64,000 bases of DNA, from assembly GCF_009914755.1 (NCBI RefSeq), contig NC_060930.1; one strand, 5' to 3'. How positions within the stretch are numbered: the stretch's first letter is position 1; every line of letters starts with the position of its first letter. The notes below the pieces were generated by a model. The model was not told the origin of the DNA. It did no database searches and worked only from the letters and a program-made list of their open reading frames with translations. Both the position numbers and the translations under genes were made by a program. Below are positions 54,701-64,000 of this stretch, in pieces. Source of the DNA: the human T2T-CHM13v2.0 reference genome, Homo sapiens.

Positions 54701-57700
54701 AACACCCTTCTTGTAGTAGCTGCAAGTGGATATTTGGACCTATTGGAGGCCTTCTTTGGAAACGGGATTTCTTCATGTAACTCTAGATTGAAGAATTCTC
54801 AGAAACTCCTTTGTGATGTGTGCATTCAATTCAAAGAGTGAAACCTCCCTTTTCACAGAGCAGTTTTGAAACACTGTTTTTGTAGGATTTCCAAGGGGAT
54901 ATTTATAGCGCATTGAGCCTACGGCGGAAAAAGAAACATCTTCCTATAAAAACTAGACAGAATACTTCTCAGAATCTGCTTTGCGATGTGTGCGTTCAAC
55001 TCACAGAGTAAAACTTTTCTTTTGATAGAGCAGTTTTGAAACACTCTTTTTGTAGTATCTGCATGTGTATATTTAGAGCGCATTGAAGCCCACAGTAGAA
55101 AAGGAAATAACTTCACCTAAAACCTAGACAGAAGCAATCTCAGAAACTACTTTGTGATGTGTACATTCAACTCACAGAGTGGAACTTTCCTCTTTATAGA
55201 GCAGTGTTGAAACACTCTTTTTGTAGAAACTGCAAGTGGATATTTGGACCTCTTTGAGGCCTTCGTTGGAAACGGGATTTCTTCCTATAACCCTAGACAG
55301 AAGAATTTTCAGAAACCTCATTGTGATGTGTGCGTTCATCTCACAGAGTGGAGTCTTCCGTTTGATAGAGAAGTTTTGAAACCCTGTTCTTGTAGGATTT
55401 CCAAGTGGATATTTAGACCACTTTGAAGCCTATGATAGAAAAGGAAACATCTTCATGGAAAACATAGATAGAATCATCCTCAGAAACAACTTTGTGATGT
55501 GTGCGTTGAACTCACCGTCTTTAACCTTTCTTTTGGTAGAGAAGTTTTGAAACACTCTCTTTGTAAAGTCTACAAGTGGATATTTTGAGCCCTTGGAGGC
55601 ATTCTTTGGAAAAGGGAATGTCTTCACATAAAAGGCAGACGGAAGTGTTCTCAGAAACTGCTTTGTGATGTCTGTGTTCAACTCACAGAGTTTAACATTT
55701 CCTTTGATAGAGCGGTTTAGTAACCCTCTCTTTGTAGAATTTGGAAGTGTATACTAAGAGCGCTTTGAGGCCTATGGTAGAAAAGGAAATATCTTTCCAT
55801 AAAAGCTAGACAGAAGCAATCTCAGAAACTCCTCTGTGATGTCTGCATTCAACTCACCGAGTGGAACATTCCTCTTGAGAGAGCAGTTTGGAAACACTCT
55901 TTCTGTAGAATCAGCTTGTTTGTATTTGGACCTCCTTGAGGCCTTCGTTGGAAACGGGTTTTCATCTTATAAACCCAGACAGAAGAATTCTCAGAGTCTT
56001 CTTTGTGATGTGTGCTTTCAACTCACCGAGATAAAGATTTCTCTTGATAGAGCAATTTGGAAACACTCTTTTTGTAGAATTTGCAAGGGTACATTGAGAG
56101 CGCTTTCAGGCCTATGGTAGAAAAGGAAATATCTTTCCATAAAAGGTAGACAGAAGCAATCTCAGAAACTACTTTGTGATGTGTGCATTCAACTCACCGA
56201 GTGCAACGTTCCTCTTGACCGAGCAGTTTGGAAACATTGTTTCTGTAGAATCTGCAAGTGGATATTTGGACCTCTTTGAGGCCTTCGTTGGAAACGGGAT
56301 TTCTTCCTATAAACCCAGACAGAAGAATTCTCAGAGACTTCTTTGTGATGTGTGAATTCAACTCACAGTGTGGATCCTTCCTTTTGATAGAGCAGTTTTG
56401 AAACCCTGTTTTTGTAGTATTTCCAAGCGGATATTTGGAACGCCTTGAAGCGTATGGTAGAAAAGGAAATATCTTCCCATAAAACCTAGACAGAACCAAT
56501 CTCAGAAACGACTTTGTGATGTCTGCATTCAAGTCACAGAGTTGAACATTTCTCTTGATAGAGCAGTTTTGAAACCCTCTTTCTGAAGGATCTGCAAGTG
56601 GATATTTGGAACTCCTTTGGGTCTTCGTTGGAAACGGGATTTCTTCGTATAAATCTAGACAGAAGAATTCTCCGAAACTTCTTTGGTTGTGTGCATTCAA
56701 GTCACAGAGTGGAACCTTCCTTTGGATAGAGCAGTTTGAAACGCCGTGGTTGTAGTATTTCCAAGCGGATATTAGAGCGCCTTGAGGCCTATGGTAGAAA
56801 AGGAAATATCTTCCCATAAAACCTAGACGGAAGCAATCTCAGAAACTACTGTGTGATGGCTGCATTCCACACACACGGTGGAACATTTCTCTTGATAGAG
56901 CAGTTTTGAAACACTCTTTCTGTAGAATCTGCAAGTGGATAATTGGACCGCCTTGAGGCCTTCGTTGGAAACGGGATTTCTTCATGTTACTCTAGATAGA
57001 AGAATTCTCAAACACTGCTATGTGATGTTTGCATTCAAGTCACAGAGTGCAACATTCCTCTTGGTAGAGCAGTTGGGAAACACTCCTTTTGTAGAATCTG
57101 CAATGGGATATTTGGACTTCTTTGAGGCCTTCGTTGGAAACGGGATTTCTTCGTATGAATCTAGACAGAAGAATTCTCAGAAACTTCCTTGTGATGTGTG
57201 CATTCAACTCAGCGAGTGGCACCTTCCTTTGGATACAGCAGTTTTGAAACACTGTTTTTGTAGTATTTCCAAGCGGATATTTAGAGCGCCTTGAAGCCTA
57301 TGCTAGAAATGGAAATAGCTCCCCATAAAACCAAGACAGAAGCAATCTCAGAAACTAATGTGTGATGGCTGCATTCCACACACACGGTGGACCATTTCTC
57401 TTGATAGAGCAGTTTTGAAACACTCTTTCTGTAGAATCTGCAAGTGGATAATTGGACCTCCTAGAGGCCTTCGTTGGAAACGGGATTTCTTCATCTAAAC
57501 CTACAGAGAAGAATTCTCAGTAACTTCTTCGGATGTGTGCATTCGACGCACAGAATGGAACATTCCCTTTGATAGAGCAGTTTTGAGACACCGTTTTTGT
57601 AGAATTCCCAAGTGGATATTTAGAGCACTTTGAAGTCTCTGCTAGAAAAGGAAACATCTTCATGTAAAAAGTAGATAGAATCGTTCTCAGAAAGTGCTTA

Positions 57701-60700
57701 GTGACGTGTGCGTTCAACTCACAGAGTTTAACGTTTCTTTTGATAGAGCGTTTCTGAAACACCCTTCTTGTAGTAGCTGCAAGTGGATATTTGGACCTAT
57801 TGGAGGCCTTCTTTGGAAACGGGATTTCTTCATGTAACTCTAGATTGAAGAGTTCTCAGAAACTCCTTTGTGATGTGTGCATTCAATTCAAAGAGTGAAA
57901 CCTCCCTTTTCACAGAGCAGTTTTGAAACACTGTTTTTGTAGGATTTCCAAGGGGATATTTATAGCGCATTGAGCCTACGGCGGAAAAAGAAACATCTTC
58001 CTATAAAAACTAGACAGAATACTTCTCAGAATCTGCTTTGCGATGTGTGCGTTCAACTCACAGCGTAAAACTTTTCTTTTGATAGAGCAGTTTTGAAACA
58101 CTCTTTTTGTAGTATTTGCATGTGTATATTTAGAGCGCATTGAAGCCCACAGTAGAAAAGGAAATAACTTCACCTAAAACCTAGACAGAAGCAATCTCAG
58201 AAACTACTTTGTGATGTGTACATTCAACTCACAGAGTGGAACTTTCCTCTTTATAGAGCAGTGTTGAAACACTCTTTTTGTAGAAACTGCAAGTGGATAT
58301 TTGGACCTCTTTGAGGCCTTCGTTGGAAACGGGATTTCTTCCTATAACCCTAGACAGAAGAATTTTCAGAAACCTCATTGTGATGTGTGCGTTCATCTCA
58401 CAGAGTGGAGTCTTCCGTTTGATAGAGAAGTTTTGAAACCCTGTTCTTGTAGGATTTCCAAGTGGATATTTAGACCACTTTGAAGCCTATGATAGAAAAG
58501 GAAACATCTTCATGGAAAACATAGATAGAATCATCCTCAGAAACAACTTTGTGATGTGTGCGTTGAACTCACCGTCTTTAACCTTTCTTTTGGTAGAGAA
58601 GTTTTGAAACACTCTCTTTGTAAAGTCTACAAGTGGATATTTTGAGCCCTTGGAGGCATTCTTTGGAAAAGGGAATGTCTTCACATAAAAGGCAGACGGA
58701 AATGTTCTCAGAAACTGCTTTGTGATGTCTGTGTTCAACTCACAGAGTTTAACATTTCCTTTGATAGAGCGGTTTAGTAACCCTCTCTTTGTAGAATTTG
58801 GAAGTGTATACTAAGAGCGCTTTGAGGCCTATGGTAGAAAAGGAAATATCTTTCCATAAAAGCTAGACAGAAGCAATCTCAGAAACTCCTCTGTGATGTC
58901 TGCATTCAACTCACCGAGTGGAACATTCCTCTTGAGAGAGCAGTTTGGAAACACTCTTTCTGTAGAATCAGCTTGTTTGTATTTGGACCTCCTTGAGGCC
59001 TTCGTTGGAAACGGGTTTTCATCTTATAAACCCAGACAGAAGAATTCTCAGAGTCTTCTTTGTGATGTGTGCTTTCAACTCACCGAGATAAAGATTTCTC
59101 TTGATAGAGCAATTTGGAAACACTCTTTTTGTAGAATTTGCAAGGGTACATTGAGAGCGCTTTCAGGCCTATGGTAGAAAAGGAAATATCTTTCCATAAA
59201 AGGTAGACAGAAGCAATCTCAGAAACTACTTTGTGATGTGTGCATTCAACTCACCGAGTGCAACGTTCCTCTTGACCGAGCAGTTTGGAAACATTGTTTC
59301 TGTAGAATCTGCAAGTGGATATTTGGACCTCTTTGAGGCCTTCGTTGGAAACGGGATTTCTTCCTATAAACCCAGACAGAAGAATTCTCAGAGACTTCTT
59401 TGTGATGTGTGAATTCAACTCACAGTGTGGATCCTTCCTTTTGATAGAGCAGTTTTGAAACCCTGTTTTTGTAGTATTTCCAAGCGGATATTTGGAACGC
59501 CTTGAAGCGTATGGTAGAAAAGGAAATATCTTCCCATAAAACCTAGACAGAACCAATCTCAGAAACGACTTTGTGATGTCTGCATTCAAGTCACAGAGTT
59601 GAACATTTCTCTTGATAGAGCAGTTTTGAAACCCTCTTTCTGAAGGATCTGCAAGTGGATATTTGGAACTCCTTTGGGTCTTCGTTGGAAACGGGATTTC
59701 TTCGTATAAATCTAGACAGAAGAATTCTCCGAAACTTCTTTGGTTGTGTGCATTCAAGTCACAGAGTGGAACCTTCCTTTGGATAGAGCAGTTTGAAACG
59801 CCGTGGTTGTAGTATTTCCAAGCGGATATTAGAGCGCCTTGAGGCCTATGGTAGAAAAGGAAATATCTTCCCATAAAACCTAGACGGAAGCAATCTCAGA
59901 AACTACTGTGTGATGGCTGCATTCCACACACACGGTGGAACATTTCTCTTGATAGAGCAGTTTTGAAACACTCTTTCTGTAGAATCTGCAAGTGGATAAT
60001 TGGACCGCCTTGAGGCCTTCGTTGGAAACGGGATTTCTTCATGTTACTCTAGATAGAAGAATTCTCAAACACTGCTATGTGATGTTTGCATTCAAGTCAC
60101 AGAGTGCAACATTCCTCTTGGTAGAGCAGTTGGGAAACACTCCTTTTGTAGAATCTGCAATGGGATATTTGGACTTCTTTGAGGCCTTCGTTGGAAACGG
60201 GATTTCTTCGTATGAATCTAGACAGAAGAATTCTCAGAAACTTCCTTGTGATGTGTGCATTCAACTCAGCGAGTGGCACCTTCCTTTGGATACAGCAGTT
60301 TTGAAACACTGTTTTTGTAGTATTTCCAAGCGGATATTTAGAGCGCCTTGAAGCCTATGCTAGAAATGGAAATATCTCCCCATAAAACCAAGACAGAAGC
60401 AATCTCAGAAACTAATGTGTGATGGCTGCATTCCACACACACGGTGGACCATTTCTCTTGATAGAGCAGTTTTGAAACACTCTTTCTGTAGAATCTGCAA
60501 GTGGATAATTGGACCTCCTAGAGGCCTTCGTTGGAAACGGGATTTCTTCATCTAAACCTACAGAGAAGAATTCTCAGTAACTTCTTCGGATGTGTGCATT
60601 CGACGCACAGAATGGAACATTCCCTTTGATAGAGCAGTTTTGAGACACCGTTTTTGTAGAATTCCCAAGTGGATATTTAGAGCACTTTGAAGTCTCTGCT

Positions 60701-63700
60701 AGAAAAGGAAACATCTTCATGTAAAAAGTAGATAGAATCGTTCTCAGAAAGTGCTTAGTGACGTGTGCGTTCAACTCACAGAGTTTAACGTTTCTTTTGA
60801 TAGAGCGTTTCTGAAACACCCTTCTTGTAGTAGCTGCAAGTGGATATTTGGACCTATTGGAGGCCTTCTTTGGAAACGGGATTTCTTCATGTAACTCTAG
60901 ATTGAAGAATTCTCAGAAACTCCTTTGTGATGTGTGCATTCAATTCAAAGAGTGAAACCTCCCTTTTCACAGAGCAGTTTTGAAACACTGTTTTTGTAGG
61001 ATTTCCAAGGGGATATTTATAGCGCATTGAGCCTACGGCGGAAAAAGAAACATCTTCCTATAAAAACTAGACAGAATACTTCTCAGAATCTGCTTTGCGA
61101 TGTGTGCGTTCAACTCACAGAGTAAAACTTTTCTTTTGATAGAGCAGTTTTGAAACACTCTTTTTGTAGTATCTGCATGTGTATATTTAGAGCGCATTGA
61201 AGCCCACAGTAGAAAAGGAAATAACTTCACCTAAAACCTAGACAGAAGCAATCTCAGAAACTACTTTGTGATGTGTACATTCAACTCACAGAGTGGAACT
61301 TTCCTCTTTATAGAGCAGTGTTGAAACACTCTTTTTGTAGAAACTGCAAGTGGATATTTGGACCTCTTTGAGGCCTTCGTTGGAAACGGGATTTCTTCCT
61401 ATAACCCTAGACAGAAGAATTTTCAGAAACCTCATTGTGATGTGTGCGTTCATCTCACAGAGTGGAGTCTTCCGTTTGATAGAGAAGTTTTGAAACCCTG
61501 TTCTTGTAGGATTTCCAAGTGGATATTTAGACCACTTTGAAGCCTATGATAGAAAAGGAAACATCTTCATGGAAAACATAGATAGAATCATCCTCAGAAA
61601 CAACTTTGTGATGTGTGCGTTGAACTCACCGTCTTTAACCTTTCTTTTGGTAGAGAAGTTTTGAAACACTCTCTTTGTAAAGTCTACAAGTGGATATTTT
61701 GAGCCCTTGGAGGCATTCTTTGGAAAAGGGAATGTCTTCACATAAAAGGCAGACGGAAGTGTTCTCAGAAACTGCTTTGTGATGTCTGTGTTCAACTCAC
61801 AGAGTTTAACATTTCCTTTGATAGAGCGGTTTAGTAACCCTATCTTTGTAGAATTTGGAAGTGTATACTAAGAGCGCTTTGAGGCCTATGGTAGAAAAGG
61901 AAATATCTTTCCATAAAAGCTAGACAGAAGCAATCTCAGAAACTCCTCTGTGATGTCTGCATTCAACTCACCGAGTGGAACATTCCTCTTGAGAGAGCAG
62001 TTTGGAAACACTCTTTCTGTAGAATCAGCTTGTTTGTATTTGGACCTCCTTGAGGCCTTCGTTGGAAACGGGTTTTCATCTTATAAACCCAGACAGAAGA
62101 ATTCTCAGAGTCTTCTTTGTGATGTGTGCTTTCAACTCACCGAGATAAAGATTTCTCTTGATAGAGCAATTTGGAAACACTCTTTTTGTAGAATTTGCAA
62201 GGGTACATTGAGAGCGCTTTCAGGCCTATGGTAGAAAAGGGAATATCTTTCCATAAAAGGTAGACAGAAGCAATCTCAGAAACTACTTTGTGATGTGTGC
62301 ATTCAACTCACCGAGTGCAACGTTCCTCTTGACCGAGCAGTTTGGAAACATTGTTTCTGTAGAATCTGCAAGTGGATATTTGGACCTCTTTGAGGCCTTC
62401 GTTGGAAACGGGATTTCTTCCTATAAACCCAGACAGAAGAATTCTCAGAGACTTCTTTGTGATGTGTGAATTCAACTCACAGTGTGGATCCTTCCTTTTG
62501 ATAGAGCAGTTTTGAAACCCTGTTTTTGTAGTATTTCCAAGCGGATATTTGGAACGCCTTGAAGCGTATGGTAGAAAAGGAAATATCTTCCCATAAAACC
62601 TAGACAGAACCAATCTCAGAAACGACTTTGTGATGTCTGCATTCAAGTCACAGAGTTGAACATTTCTCTTGATAGAGCAGTTTTGAAACCCTCTTTCTGA
62701 AGGATCTGCAAGTGGATATTTGGAACTCCTTTGGGTCTTCGTTGGAAACGGGATTTCTTCGTATAAATCTAGACAGAAGAATTCTCCGAAACTTCTTTGG
62801 TTGTGTGCATTCAAGTCACAGAGTGGAACCTTCCTTTGGATAGAGCAGTTTGAAACGCCGTGGTTGTAGTATTTCCAAGCGGATATTAGAGCGCCTTGAG
62901 GCCTATGGTAGAAAAGGAAATATCTTCCCATAAAACCTAGACGGAAGCAATCTCAGAAACTACTGTGTGATGGCTGCATTCCACACACACGGTGGAACAT
63001 TTCTCTTGATAGAGCAGTTTTGAAACACTCTTTCTGTAGAATCTGCAAGTGGATAATTGGACCGCCTTGAGCCCTTCGTTGGAAACGGGATTTCTTCATG
63101 TTACTCTAGATAGAAGAATTCTCAAACACTGCTATGTGATGTTTGCATTCAAGTCACAGAGTGCAACATTCCTCTTGGTAGAGCAGTTGGGAAACACTCC
63201 TTTTGTAGAATCTGCAATGGGATATTTGGACTTCTTTGAGGCCTTCGTTGGAAACGGGATTTCTTCGTATGAATCTAGACAGAAGAATTCTCAGAAACTT
63301 CCTTGTGATGTGTGCATTCAACTCAGCGAGTGGCACCTTCCTTTGGATACAGCAGTTTTGAAACACTGTTTTTGTAGTATTTCCAAGCGGATATTTAGAG
63401 CGCCTTGAAGCCTATGCTAGAAATGGAAATATCTCCCCATAAAACCAAGACAGAAGCAATCTCAGAAACTAATGTGTGATGGCTGCATTCCACACACACG
63501 GTGGACCATTTCTCTTGATAGAGCAGTTTTGAAACACTCTTTCTGTAGAATCTGCAAGTGGATAATTGGACCTCCTAGAGGCCTTCGTTGGAAACGGGAT
63601 TTCTTCATCTAAACCTACAGAGAAGAATTCTCAGTAACTTCTTCGGATGTGTGCATTCGACGCACAGAATGGAACATTCCCTTTGATAGAGCAGTTTTGA

Positions 63701-64000
63701 GACACCGTTTTTGTAGAATTCCCAAGTGGATATTTAGAGCACTTTGAAGTCTCTGCTAGAAAAGGAAACATCTTCATGTAAAAAGTAGATAGAATCGTTC
63801 TCAGAAAGTGCTTAGTGACGTGTGCGTTCAACTCACAGAGTTTAACGTTTCTTTTGATAGAGCGTTTCTGAAACACCCTTCTTGTAGTAGCTGCAAGTGG
63901 ATATTTGGACCTATTGGAGGCCTTCTTTGGAAACGGGATTTCTTCATGTAACTCTAGATTGAAGAGTTCTCAGAAACTCCTTTGTGATGTGTGCATTCAA
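45748..64000 (+). repeat. Homogeneous run of full-length 18-mers (U17-U21 complete, U22 truncated by the window end)
   Basis: Five consecutive 3057-bp periods, no indels seen. Confidence 0.95.

Larger units (their letters stand above)
1..64000 (+). repeat. D6Z1: Alpha satellite higher-order repeat array (centromeric), most likely human chr6 D6Z1 (S1C6H1L) 18-mer
   Basis: Seen: ~170-bp monomers with alphoid motifs (TTCTCAGAAACT..TTTGTGATGTGTGCATTCAACTCACAGAG; TTTGATAGAGCAGTTTTGAAACAC), CENP-B boxes, a near-identical 3057-bp period from ORF-track spacing, and a single GGATCC per unit (first at 1852-1857). Recalled knowledge: D6Z1 is an 18-mer, ~3-kb BamHI repeat. The alpha-satellite call is essentially certain; the chromosome assignment was not checked by alignment. 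Confidence 0.93.

Noticed and set aside
1-64000. Possible L1/Alu insertion, inversion or embedded non-satellite sequence
   Set aside because: Unit lengths sum exactly using only the two deletions, leaving no room for an insertion. All boxes are on the same strand, and no poly-A tails or target-site duplications were seen.

Overview
The whole 64 kb window is uninterrupted, head-to-tail primate centromeric alpha satellite (~171-bp monomers) on one strand, with no genes, transposon insertions or inversions that I could see. It is built from an 18-monomer higher-order repeat (HOR) of 3057 bp with one BamHI site and 7 intact CENP-B boxes per unit, which best fits the active human chromosome 6 array D6Z1 (recognised from recall, not from a search). 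Taking unit starts at 399, 3456, 6510, 9564, 12618, 15672, 18223, 20774, 23831, 26885, 29436, 31987, 35044, 37592, 40143, 43200, 45748, 48805, 51862, 54919, 57976 and 61033 (U1-U22), there are four unit lengths: 3057 (18-mer), 3054 (18-mer with a 3-bp deletion), 2551 (15-mer, 506-bp deletion) and 2548 (both deletions). All listed ORFs are by-products of the repeat. I found no new gene-encoded system. The interesting signal is array evolution: an 11,213-bp HOR-of-HORs duplication followed by shorter 8156- and 5605-bp derivatives, a deletion junction beside a CENP-B box, mosaic units, and intact versus decayed CENP-B boxes.
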